Below are positions 23,501 to 35,734 of a DNA stretch of 64,000 nt, in pieces. This stretch comes from Anaeramoeba ignava BMAN (Eukaryota; Protista; Anaeramoebae). Numbering within the stretch: the first letter of the stretch is position 1; every line of letters starts with the position of its first letter. Location: NCBI GenBank assembly GCA_028826165.1, contig JAPDFW010000097.1:62001-126000 (forward strand), read 5' to 3'. The position numbers and the translations under genes are program-made. Under the pieces are notes generated by a model. That model saw only the letters and a list, made by a program, of their open reading frames with translations. It was not told the DNA's origin and made no database searches.

Positions 23501-26500
23501 AAAAAGAAAACAAAGCAAAAATAATTTTAATTATCTATTTACAAATGATAATTCAAGATAATTATAGATTTTTATATGAAATAATTTCAAAACAACATCA
23601 AAATCAAAATCAATTACTTCAAATTAATCCAAAAGAATCATTTATTTTCAAAACAGATATTCAAAAATTTGAAGAAGAAATAATGAAAAAAGAATGGAAA
23701 CAAATCACAAATCAATTTTTCTTCCCAATAATCAAAAAAATTAAAAAAGAAATTGAAGAAAACCAAAAAGAATTTATTGAAAATGAAAAAAATAAATTAA
23801 ATAATTTTCAAAATCAAATTAATGAAAAACAAAAACAAAATGAAATAAATTCACAAAAAATTGAAAAAGAAATTGAAAATATTAGAAAACAAGAAAAAGA
23901 AAGAAAAAGATTTCAAAAACAAAAACAAAAACAAGAAATAAGAAATCATTTACAAAAATTGAAAAAAATGATTACAAATTCTTTAATTGGAAAATATCCA
24001 TGGAATTCAAGTTTAATAAGTGTAATAGATTATAAATTTGAAAATATGGAATTTTATATTAAACTTTCAGAAAAAGAAGATGAAATGAGAAGACAAAAAA
24101 AATTAAAATTTTATTCAACAAATCAAAATCAAAATCAAAATTCAGAAAGAAAAAAATTAAAAAAATTAAAAGGAAATTTAAAAAATGAAATAATCAAAAT
24201 AACAAATAAATTATCAAAACAATATGAAAAAAATTATCAACAAATTCAAAATAAAAATAAAAATAAAAATCAAAATAAAAATAAAAATAAAAAACAAAAT
24301 GAAAATAAAAATAAAAAACAAAATGAAAACGAAAAAGAAAAAAATCAAAAACAAAAACAACAAAAATATTTGAATAAAATAATATTTACAACCAAATGTG
24401 AAATAATTTCTAAAATCAAAATAATCAAAGGAATATTTGAAATTACAACAAATTCAATTAATTTTTTTGCAGAATCTGTTTATTCAAATCAAAATCAAAA
24501 TGAAAATCAAAATCAAAATCAAAATCAAAATAAAAATGAAAATCAAAATGAAAAAGATTATTCATGGAAAATTGAAATGATTAAAATAATTCATAAAAGA
24601 AAATATATTTCAAAACAAACAGCAATAGAAATATTTTTTGAAAATGATCGAAAATATATTTTTTTCAATTTTTCAACAACAAAAGAAAGAGATGAAATTT
24701 ATGAAAAAATTCAAAAACATAAATCAATTCAAATTGAATCAATAAATCAAACAAAAAAATGGAATGAAAAAACACCAATAACAAAAGAATGGCAAGAAAG
24801 AAAAATTAGTAATTTTGAATATCTTATGTATTTAAACACAATATCAGGAAGAACATATCAAGATCTTTCACAATATCCAATTTTCCCATGGATTATTTCA
24901 GATTATGAATCATATTTAATAGATATTAATGATCCAAAAATATTTCGAGATTTATCAAAACCTATTACAAATTTAAATCAAAATCAAAATCAAAATCAAA
25001 ATCAAAATCAAATTCAAAATGAAACCAAGAAATATTATTTAAATTCAGAAATTGTTTCATCTTATTTAATTCGATTAGAACCATTTACAACAATTTGTTT
25101 AAAAGAAAAATATCCAATATTTAAATCAATTCCAAAACAATGGAAAATAATCAATGAAATCAAAAATGATAAAAATAATAAAAATAATAAATTTATTGGA
25201 GAACTTATTCCAGAATTCTTCCATTTACCAGATTTTTTAAGAAATCCTAATATATTTAAAGATGATTACAATTCAAAATCAAAAGAAATTTTAAAAGAAA
25301 TCGAAAATGTTAAACTTCCAAATTGGGCTAAAACAGCAGAAAAATTTATTCAAATACAAGAAGAAGCACTTGAATCAGAATATGTTTCAGAACATCTTAA
25401 TGAATGGATTGATTTAATATTTGGATATAAACAACAAAATCAAAATCAAAAACAAATTCAAAAACAAATTCAAAATCAAAATCAAAAAGAAAATATTCAA
25501 AAAAATGGAGAAATTCCAATTCAATTATTTACAAAAAAACATCCAAAAAGATTTACCAAAACAGAAATTAACAAAAACAAAGAAAAACAAATAATTCAAA
25601 AATACCATTCAAATTAACATTTTTTGAATGGAAAAACAATTTATCAAAAAATCTTTTTTTTCAATCAAAAAAATATAAGATAAGTTCAAATCCAATCATA
25701 TTTACAAAATTTCAAGAAATAACTGACGAAGCAACACTTATGAATCATGAACCTGATCAAATTATTACAATTAATAAAGAAAGAATTATTGGAAAACATA
25801 AATTCTATTTAATTGAATCTAAAAACAAAAAACCCAAAATTACTTTAATTATTGATGATGAAAAATACAAACAAAACCAAAAAGAAAAAATAAGAGAAAT
25901 TCCATTCTCAAAAGATTTAAATAATTTTGAAGAATGTTTTAAAAATTATGAAAATTCAAAATATTTAATTTTTTGTGGATTTGAAGATAATAGTTTCAAA
26001 ATAATTGATATTGAAAAATATGAAATAATACAAAATATTTATAAACATAATGATATTATAAGTTGTTTAGATATTGATTTGAAATATATTGTTACAGGAT
26101 CAAAAGATACAACAGTAATTATTTGGGAAATTGAATCAAAAGAAAAAGAAGGGAAAATCAAAGTTAAAGAAAAACCCAAATATATTTTTTCAGAACATGA
26201 AGAAGAAGTAAGAAGTGTATCAATATCAGTTGAATATGATATTGTATTAAGTGGAAGTATTAAAGGGAAATTAAATATTCATTCATTAAAGAAAGGAAAA
26301 CATATTCAAACAATAATAACAGAAGAAAAAGAACCAATAACAAATATCAAAATAACAAAAAAAGGAGATATTATTACATTTTCAGAAAATTCCAATATAT
26401 TAAGATTATTTACAATTAATGGATATTTAATAAGAAGATTTCAATGTTCAGAAAATATTTATTCAATTTCAATTTCAGAAGATTCTAATTTTATATTTAC

Positions 26501-26780
26501 AGGAGGAGAAAAAGGAATTTTTGAAATTCGAAAAATATTTAATTTAAAACCAATTCAAAGTTTTGATTTAAAAGAAACAATTTATTCAATTTCAATTATT
26601 AAAAGAGGATTTTTAATTATTATTGGATTAAAAAATGGATTTATAAAAATAGGATATTTTTCAAATACAACACAAAACCAAAATCAAAATCACAAAGAAA
26701 AAGAAAAAATAAATTCAAATTCAAATTCAAATTCAAATTCAAATTCAAATTCAAAATCAATTAATATTTTCAAATTTTAA
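14584..26780 (+). CDS. Giant neurobeachin/LvsA-like protein (ARM-like region, PH-BEACH, BEACH, WD40) with very long NQ/NE tracts; several 5' introns and apparent homopolymer frameshifts (e.g. ~17927, ~25600)
   Basis: PH: IHKRKYISKQTAIEIFF; BEACH: EWQERKISNFEYLMYLNTISGRTYQDLSQYPIFPW, ELIPEFF, VKLPNWA, ALESEYVSEHLNEWIDLIFGYKQ; WD40: HNDIISCLDI...IVTGSKDTTVIIW. The 5' exon structure is only approximate. Confidence 0.8.
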
Positions 26781-26789
26781 ATATAATCA

Positions 26790-27230
26790 AATTCAAAATC
26801 AAATTCAAATTCAAAATCAATGAATATTTTCAAATTTTAAATATAATCAAATTCAAAATCAAATTCAAAATTAAAATTCAAAATCAAAATTAAAATTCAA
26901 AATAAAAATCAAAATCAAATTCAAATTCAAAATCAAAATCAAAATCAAAATCAAATTCAAATTCAAAATCAAAATCAAAATCAAATTCAAAATCAAATTC
27001 AAAATCAAATTCAAAATCAAAATCAAAATCAAAATCAAAATCAAAATCAAAATCAAATTCAAAATCAAATTCAAATTGAAAATCAAAATCAAAATGAAAA
27101 TCAAATTCAAAATCAAAATAAAAATAAAAATCAAATTCAAAATCAAAATTCAAATTCAAAATCAAAATCAAATTCGAAATCAAATTCAAATTCAAATTTA
27201 AAATCAAAATCAAAATTAAAATTAAAAATC
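26790..27230. repeat. Intergenic (AAAATC/AAATTC)n microsatellite between convergent genes
   Basis: Direct hexamer repeats. Confidence 0.9.
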
Positions 27231-27302
27231 AAATTCTATTTCTAAATTTATTTTTGTTTTGTTTTCTTTTTTGAAAAATAAAAATCAAAATCAATTTTTG
27301 AT

Positions 27303-28045
27303 TTATTTTTGCCTCACAATTTCCCATTTAAAAACAGGAAGATGAAAACGATCACCAGATTTAATTTTCTTCCTTCTTCCTTTTGTAAATAAAGCTTTCT
27401 TTAATTCCATTCTTTGACGAACTTTTTCAATTTTCTTTTTACGAATAATTCTTTGACGAAGTTCTTGATAACTTTGATTCCTTTTTTTCTCTAATTTTTT
27501 CATAGAACTCAAATCACCAACAACATTTTTAGACATTAAATTTTCAATAGTTGGCCTATTATAATGATTATCCAAAAATTCAGGTAATGTATTAAAATGT
27601 TTTGCAGCATCAAAATTTAATGCTTGTTCTTCATCATCCAAGAAAATTGTATGAGTGGATTTTTTTTCATTTTTTGTAATTGGTTTCCCATGAATAAAAT
27701 GAAGCGAAGATTGCAAATCATTTATTTTTTTTTGTTCGTGAACTTCTTTCATAGTAAGATAACTTATATCTTGTGTATTCATTAATTTTTCTTCTTCTTC
27801 GGAATTTTTTCCTTTTTTTCAGGAACTGGAATTCCTTTGATTGTCTTTTCTCTTTGCATTTGGAAATAAAACTCATTTGGATTTCGAAAATAAGCCTTTT
27901 CTTTTAATCTTTTGAGTGTTCTTTCCTTTTTATGATAATCTACTGCTCTTTTTTTATAATCTTTTTTTTTCTCAAGAAAACCAAGTTTTTTCCTTTCTTT
28001 TGGTTGTGTTCTTTCTTTATGAGTTCTACCAAAAATTTTTTTCAT
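27303..28045 (-). CDS. UTP11: U3 snoRNP / SSU processome protein Utp11 (apparent 1-nt homopolymer frameshift near 27805)
   Basis: [28 protein letters not shown]...[14 protein letters not shown]; TQDISYL; [13 protein letters not shown] at 28045 is preceded by TCATTTT repeats. Confidence 0.92.
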
Positions 28046-28099
28046 AATATATTTTTTTTTAAAAATGAAAAAAATGAAAAATGAAAAATGAAAAAAATG

Positions 28100-28967
28100 A
28101 AAAAAATAAATTTTTTTGGTTTTTCTTTCGATTAATTGGTAAAATAAAATTAATGGAATTGAGAAAATCCAAATTGGGAAATATTTTTCTTTTATGCAAT
28201 TCATTTCATCAATTCCACAAACAAAATCTGGCCAATTGACAACATAATCAATTGCAGCTAGAATTGCGATGAAAAAAAGAAAAAAAAGAAACCAAGTTAT
28301 TTTTTTAGGATCAAAATAAGATTTGGATTTTGGAAAACGGGAAAAAAAAAGAAGAATAAGAACAAGAATTGATTGACAAAACAAAAACAAGTTGAATATC
28401 ATTTCAATGTCAAGAATTATCAAAGTCATTCCAATACTTTTTTTTCTATTCTTGGGGTTGATTTTTCTCAAGTTTGTATAGAAAAGAATTAAGCTTAGAA
28501 TTCCTGAAAGAATATATCCAGTTGAGAAAATGCAAAGAACCAAGAATTTCAAGTAATAATGGTTTTGGTTTGACAGATAAGCTAATATTTTTGAAATGAG
28601 AAGAAAAAAATGATCTGCATTTTGGAATGTTAATTTTTGAAAGACATTTATTTCTTTGTAATTTTTCGTGTTTTTGTTTTTTTGATCAATTTGATCTTTT
28701 TGATCTTTTTTTGTAAATCCAATATTTCTTATTTTGATCATGAATTCTTCATTTTTTGATGTTATAAAATATTGAATGAAAACAAATCTAAAGTATAAAT
28801 ATAATCCAATTATTATTTGAATGATTCCGATCATCAAAGATATTGTTTCTGAAGTTATTATTAAAACCAGAAGTCCTTCTATTGATAAAATTGCAAAAAT
28901 AGGAGAGGAAAGAATTGATTAAAAAAATGGAAAGAAAATTTATAAAGGATTTATTTTTTGGGATCAT
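28100..28967 (-). CDS. Uncharacterised multi-pass membrane protein; ends uncertain, reads in frame into UTP11 in this assembly
   Basis: Several hydrophobic segments in the first ~240 aa of ORF 27782-28837; candidate ATG at 28967 with upstream TCATTTT motifs, but a stop/frame break lies near 28920. Confidence 0.5.
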
Positions 28968-28989
28968 TTAAAAAAGAAAAATGGAAAAT

Positions 28990-31900
28990 GAAAAATGAAT
29001 TAAAAATAAAAAATTAATTAAAATATTTAAAAATAATAAATTAAAATAGATTTAAAATTAAATATAAAATTAATTAAATAAATTTAAAATATAAATATAA
29101 ATATATTAAATTTTAAATAAAGATTAAATAATTAATAATAATAAAAAATTAATTAAAATAAGAAGTTATTTAAAAATATTTATAAATAATAAATTAAAAT
29201 AGATTTAAATTTAAATATAAAATTAATTAAATAAAAAGTTTTAAATATAAATATAAATAAATTAAATTTAAAAATTAAATAAAGATTAAATAATTAATAA
29301 TAATAAAAAGATTAAATTAAAATAAGAATTTATTTAAAAATATTTATAAATAATAAATTAAAATAGATTTAAATTTAAATATAAAATTAATTAAATAAAA
29401 AGTGGAATAAAATAAATAAAAAATAAAAATTAAATAAAGATTAAATAATTAATAATAATAAAAATTAAATTAAAATAAGAATTTATTTAAAAATATTTAT
29501 AAATAATAAATTAAAATAGATTTAAATTTAAATATAAAATTAATTAAATAAATTTTAAATATTAATATAAATAAATTAAATTTTAAAATAAAAGATTAAA
29601 TAATTAATAATAATAAAGATTAAATTAAAATAAAAATTTATTTAAAAATATTTATAAATAATAAATTAAAAATTGATTTAAAATTAAATATAAAATTAAT
29701 TAAATAAAAAGTGGAATAAAATATATAAAAATAAAAATTTAAATAAAGATTAAATAATTAATAATAATAAAAATTAATTAAAATAAGAAGTTATTTAAAA
29801 ATATTTATAAATAATAAATTAAAATTGATTTAAATTTAAATATAAAATTAATTAAATAAAAAGTGGAATAAAATAAATAAAAATAAAAATTTAAATAAAG
29901 ATTAAATAATTAATAATAAATAAAATTAAATTAAAAATAAGAATTTATTTAAAAATATTTATAAATAATAAATTAAAAATAGATTTAAAATTAAATATAA
30001 AATTAATTAAATAAAAATTAAAATATTAATATAAATAAATTAAATTTTAAAAATTTTATAATTAATTAAAGACAGTATGGCCTAAATAAAATTAATTAAA
30101 ATAAAAAGTTATTTAAAAATATTTATAAATAATAAATTAAAATTGATTTAAATTAAATATAAAATTAATTAAATAAAAAGTGGAATAAAATATATAAAAA
30201 TAAAAATTTAAATAAAGATTAAATAATTAATAATAATAAAAAAATTAATTAAAATAAAAAGTTATTTAAAAATATTTATAAATAATAAATTAAAATTGAT
30301 TTAAATTTAAATATAAAATTAATTAAATAAAATTAAAATATTAATATAAATAAATTAAATTTTAAAAATTTTGTAATTAATTAAAATAAGTATGGCTAAA
30401 AATAAAATTAATTAAAATAAGAAATTATTTAAAAATATTTATAAATAATAAATTAAAATGTATTTAAATTTAAATATAAAATTAATTAAATAAAAAGTGG
30501 AATAAAATAAATAAAAATAAAAATTAAATAAAGATTAAATAATTAATAATAATAAAAATAATTAAAATAAGAATTTATTTAAAAATATTTATAAATAATA
30601 AATTAAAATAGATTTAAATTTAAATATAAAATTTATTAAATTAATTTAAAATATTAATATAAATAAATTAAATTTTTAAAAAAATTTTAAATTAATTAAA
30701 AGACAGTATGGCCTAAATAAAATTAATTAAAATAAAAATTTATTTAAAAATATTTATAAATAATAAATTAAAATGTATTTAAATTTAAATATAAAATTAA
30801 TTAAATAAAAAGTGGAATAAAATAAATAAAAATAAAAATTAAATAAAAGATTAAATAATTAATAATAAATAAAATTAATTAAAATAAAAGTTATTTAAAA
30901 ATATTTAAAAATAATAAATTAAAATAGATTTAAAATTTAAATATAAAATTAATTAAAATAAAATTAAAATAATAATATAAATATATTAAATTTTAAAAAT
31001 TTTATAATTAATTAAAGACAGTATGGCCTAAATAAAATTAATTAAAATAAAAATTTATTTAAAAATATTTATAAATAATAAATTAAAATAGATTTAAATT
31101 TAAATATAAAATTTATTAAATAAAAAGTGGAATAAAATAAATAAAAATAAAAATTAAATAAAGATTAAATAATTAATAATAAATAAAAATTAATTAAAAT
31201 AAAAAGTTATTTAAAAATATTTATAAATAATAAATTAAAATTGATTTAAAATTAAATATAAAATTAATTAAATAAAAAGTGGAATAAAATATATAAAAAT
31301 AAAAATTTAAATAAAAGATTAAATAATTAATAATAATAAAAATTAATTAAAATAAGAAGTTATTTAAAAATATTTATAAATAATAAATTAAAATTGATTT
31401 AAATTTAAATATAAAATTAATTAAATAAAATTAAAATATTAATATAAATAAATTAAATTTTAAAAAAAATTTTGTAATTAATTAAAGACAGTATGGCCTA
31501 AATAAAATTAATTAAAATAAGAAATTATTTAAAAATATTTATAAATAATAAATTAAAATATATTTAAATTTAAATATAAAATTAATTAAATAAAAAGTGG
31601 AATAAAATAAATAAAAATAAAAATTAAATAAAGATTAAATAATTAATAATAATAATAAAAATAATTAAAATAAGAATTTATTTAAAAATATTTATAAATA
31701 ATAAATTAAAATTGATTTAAATTTAAATATAAAATTTATTAAATTAATTTAAAATATTAATATAAATATATTAAATTTAAAAATTTTTAAATTAATTAAA
31801 GACAGTATGGCCTAAATAAAATTAATTAAAAATAAGAAGTTATTTAAAAATATTTATAAATAATAAATTAAAATGTATTTAAAAATTAAATATAAAATTA

Positions 31901-32286
31901 ATTAAATAAAAAGTGGAATAAAATAAATAAAAAATAAAAAATTAAATAAAGATTAAATAATTAATAATAATAAAAAATAATTAAAATAAGAATTTATTTA
32001 AAAATATTTATAAATAATAAATTAAAATTGATTTAAATTTAAATATAAAATTTATTAAATTAATTTAAAATATTAATATAAATATATTAAATTTAAAAAA
32101 AAATTTTAAATTAATTAAAGACAGTATGGCCTAAATAAAAATTAATTAAAATAAGAAGTTATTTAAAAATATTTATAAATAATAAATTAAAATAGATTTA
32201 AATTTAAATATAAAATTAATTAAATAAAATTAAAATATTAATATAAATAAATTAAATTTTAAAAAAAAATTTTATAATTAATTAAA
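28990..32286 (+). repeat. 3.3 kb AT-rich tandem array of ~150-165 nt subunits (~315 nt higher-order unit) containing repeated tRNA-Leu 5' ends
   Basis: Recurrent block ttatttaaaaatatttataaataataaattaaaa, alternating with aaaagtggaataaaat and gacagtatggcctaaat. Confidence 0.93.
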
Positions 32287-32369
32287 GACAGTATGGCCGA
32301 GTGGTTAAGGCGGTAGCTTTAGGCGCTATTGAACGAAAGTTCGCGTGGGTTCGAATCCCATTGCTGTCA
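32287..32369 (+). tRNA. trnL-UAG: tRNA-Leu, anticodon UAG, intronless, long variable arm
   Basis: Acceptor stem GACAGTA/TGCTGTC, D arm GCCGAGTGGTTAAGGC, anticodon stem GTAGC/GCTAT with loop TTTAGGC, variable arm GAAC-GAAA-GTTC, T loop TTCGAAT, discriminator A. Confidence 0.97.
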
Positions 32370-32372
32370 TTA

Positions 32373-32382
32373 TTTTTTTTTT
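32373..32382 (+). terminator. Pol III oligo-T terminator of tRNA-Leu
   Basis: T run directly after the tRNA. Confidence 0.7.
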
Positions 32383-32487
32383 ATTTTTATTATTTTTTAA
32401 TTTTTTTTGTTTTAAATTCTTTATTCTAAAAGTAAAAGAAATTTTATGAGAAATTAAAAGAAAAATAATTTGTTGTTTTTGTTCTAA

Positions 32488-33803
32488 TTATTTTTTTTTA
32501 AAATTTCTTCTCTTTTTTTGGAATTTTTTGTTTGCTTTTTTTGATGAATTTTCAAAAGGTTTTTTATTCCATTTTGGATTAAATTCTTTCATACTTTTTG
32601 AACTTCTAGAAGTATTTTTCTTATTTCTCTTTTTTCCACCTCCAAATTTAATATCTTTCATTCTTCTTTTTTTACTTTTTGTTCTTTTTTTTTGATTTTG
32701 ATTTTCATTTTCATTTTCATTTCGATTTGATTGATTTTGTTTTGGTTTTTGATTTTTTGGGAAATTAATTAAAGAATTTAAATCTTCAGTTGTTTCTCCT
32801 TTTTTTTTTCTTTCTTTTCTCCATTTTTTAACTGCTTCAATTTGAGATTTTTTTTGTTCTGCTTTTTCTTTTAATCGATTTGCTTGAATTTGTTTTCCAA
32901 ATTTTCTCATTTGAATTTTTCTTCTATTTTCTTCAACATGTTCAATTTTTTTTTGTTGAACTAAAATGAAATTTTTCACTCTTTTCATTTGATGATCATT
33001 TTTCATCATTTCTGCAAAATAATCTTGAGGTCTTGCTATTTTTATTTGTGCTTCTTTAAGTTTTTCTTTGGCAATTTTTATTGCTTCTAAAGTTGCTTTT
33101 TTACTAAAATAAATTTTAAATTTGATTTTAATTTTATAAATGAATTTTAATTTTAATTTTAATTTTAATTTTAATTTTAATTTTAATTTTAATTTTAATT
33201 TTAATTTTAATTTTAATTTTAATTTTTATAAATTATTTACAATTCTAAATTAATTTGGATATCATCATTTGGATTTAATCCTTTTGGTAAAGTTGTTGAA
33301 ACAACCATATTTTCTTCCCAAGAAAGATTTTGACCTAAATTAAGAAGTAATTCATTAACTTTATTATCTAATGCATTAGCATCATTAATGAATTCAGTTT
33401 TTTCTTTGTGTAAATATCTTCTTGAAGGAACAATATTTGTATTTTGAATAAATTCTTCAGGATCCACATCAATTTCATTTTCAATTTCATTTTCATTTTC
33501 ATTTTCATTTTGATTTTCATTTTCATTTTCATTTTCATTTTCATTTTCATTTTCATTTTCATTTTCATTTTCATTTTCAATTTCATTTTCATTTTCATTT
33601 TCAATTTCATTTTCATTTTCATTTTCAATTTCATTTTCATTTTCAATTTCAATTTCATTTTCATTTTCATTTTCAATTTCATTTTCATTTTCATTTTCAT
33701 TTTCAATTTCATTTTCATTTTCATTTTCATTTTGATTTGTCTTGGTTTTTATGTCTGCATTTGGTTTTAAATTTTTATTTATTTTTTGTTTCCGAAAATT
33801 CAT
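32488..33803 (-). CDS. EBP2: rRNA-processing protein EBP2; exons 33803-33241 and 33103-32488
   Basis: Spliced sequence contains RPQDYFAEMMKNDHQMKRVK and MRKFGKQIQ; C-terminal KDIKFGGGKKRNKKNT. Confidence 0.92.
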
Positions 33804-33898
33804 TATAATTTATTTTTGTTTTATTTAATTTAAAATTGAAAGGAAAAAAAATGAAAAAAAAAAATTAAAAAAAATTTTTTTCTTTTTGTTTTTCTTTT

Positions 33899-34868
33899 TT
33901 AAAAAAAAGAAAATATAAATTTTAAAAATTTGAAAATTAAAAATAAAAGAAGGATTAAAATAGTAATTAGAATAAATCTATTAATAAAAACATCAGGTGG
34001 AATTATTTTTTTGTGTTTCTTTAATTGTTGTTTTGTTTGATTTGTTTTTTCTTTTGTTATGTTAATTTTCCAATATTCTAAACAATTTTTTTTCATTTCA
34101 TCAAAATTTCCAGAATTATCAATAATCCAATCAGCTCTTTTGCATTTTTCTTTAAGTGACATTTGAGATTTAATTCTATCTCTTGCTTCTTTTTCTGTCA
34201 TTCCTCTATTTTTCTTTTTTTTTTTAAATCAAATTTTTTATCCGATTTAGATTTATATTTATATTATTTCGATTTATATTTTGATTTAGATTTATATTTA
34301 GATTTATATTTTGATTTATAATTATATTTATATTTATATTTAGATTTAGATTTAGATTTAGATTTAGATTTATATTTATATTTATATTTATATTTATATT
34401 TATATTTTGATATAAAATTACAATCAATCTTTCCACTTGAGTTTCTTCTTCAGAATAAACAACAATTGTTTGATGGAAAATCTTTTCCATTTTTGCTTCA
34501 AATAATAAAGGAACTTCAACAACAACAACTTCACAACCATTTAAACAAGCAATAATCAATTCCCAAATCATTTGGAAAATAATTTTTGGATGAGTAATTT
34601 TTTCTAATTTCCGTTTTTTTTGAGGATCTTGAAAAATAATTTCTCCAAGTTTTTTTCTATTGATTTCTTTATTTGGTAATAAAATATCTTCTTTTCCAAA
34701 TTCTTTAACAATAGCTTGATATCCTTTTTCTCCAATTTGTGAAATTTGATGTGCAATTTTATCCAAATCAATTTTTCTCACTTTTTTATTTGGATCAAGT
34801 TTAATTAAAAGTTCACAAACAGTAGATTTTCCTGTTCCAATTCCTCCAGTTAAACCAATAATTTTCAT
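33899..34868 (-). CDS. coaE: Dephospho-CoA kinase with C-terminal hydrophobic tail anchor; exons 34868-34422 and 34213-33899
   Basis: IIGLTGGIGTGKSTV, LEKITHPKI, EVPLLFEA, EARDRIKSQMSLKEKCKRADWIIDNSG. Confidence 0.95.
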
Positions 34869-34936
34869 TTTTAATTTAAATTAAAAAAAAAAGAAAAAAA
34901 ATGAAATTTGATTTTTTTTTTTATTATTTAAAAAAT

Positions 34937-35540
34937 TCAATCAATTCTTCTTTTCGATTGAATTAATTCCAATAATTCTTGTAAAGTATCCATTTCAATT
35001 TCTTTTTTTTCAAAAATAACATCATAATGTTTTGAATTTTGAACAAATTTATTAACTTTTTGTGCTTTTTCAAGAAGTGTTATAACTTGAGTAATTGGAG
35101 ATTTATTTTGATTTAAATTTTCTTTTTGATTTAAATTTTCTTTTTGATTTTCTTCTTGATTTTCTTTTTGATTTTCTTTTAAATTTTCTTTTTGAGTTTG
35201 AGAGATTTTTTTCAATATCATCTACATTAAGTGCTTTTAATTCTTGAGATTTTGTTAATTCTCCTGATTTATCTAATTGGAATGAACGCCTCAAATATTT
35301 TTGTTGATAACTCTTTTTTGGTTGATATTGATATTGATTCTGTTTTTGATTTTGATTTTGTTTTTGTTTTTGATATTGATTTGGATTTCTTTTTTGATTT
35401 GAATTTGGTTTTTGATTTTGATATTGATTTTGGTTTGAATTTTGTTGTTTTTTGTTTCCTGAAGTCCATTTATGAGTTGTTTTTGTTTTTTTAATAAAAG
35501 TTCTTGGTGTTTTTTTTTTAGGTGTTTGATTTTGATTCAT
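34937..35540 (-). CDS. Hypothetical low-complexity protein (two overlapping ORFs, probable frameshift near 35200-35220)
   Basis: ATG at 35540 preceded by TCATTTT repeats; ORFs 35103-35540 and 34937-35221 overlap. Confidence 0.55.
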
Positions 35541-35734
35541 TTTTTATTATTTCAAAAAAACAAGAAAAAAAATGAAAAATGAAAAATGAAAAATGAAAAC
35601 AAAACATTTGAAAGTTATTTTTGTTTTTTTTTAATTTTGTTTTTTTTAAATTTTTGTTTCCAAAAAAAAAAAAATAGAATTCTAAAAAAGAAAGAAAGAA
35701 AGAAAGAAAAAATTAAGGAAAAATTAAGGAAAAA

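Noticed and set aside
18223-25617. Intein or transposon ORF inside the 2464-aa ORF or other genes
   Set aside because: No Hint-domain (C...HN), LAGLIDADG, transposase or RT motifs are visible; the length is explained by NQ/NE tracts.
30071-32131. Additional tRNA genes or tRNA-derived SINEs in the array
   Set aside because: Only 12 nt of the tRNA are present per copy, with no B box or cloverleaf. They are recorded as fragments in the findings instead.
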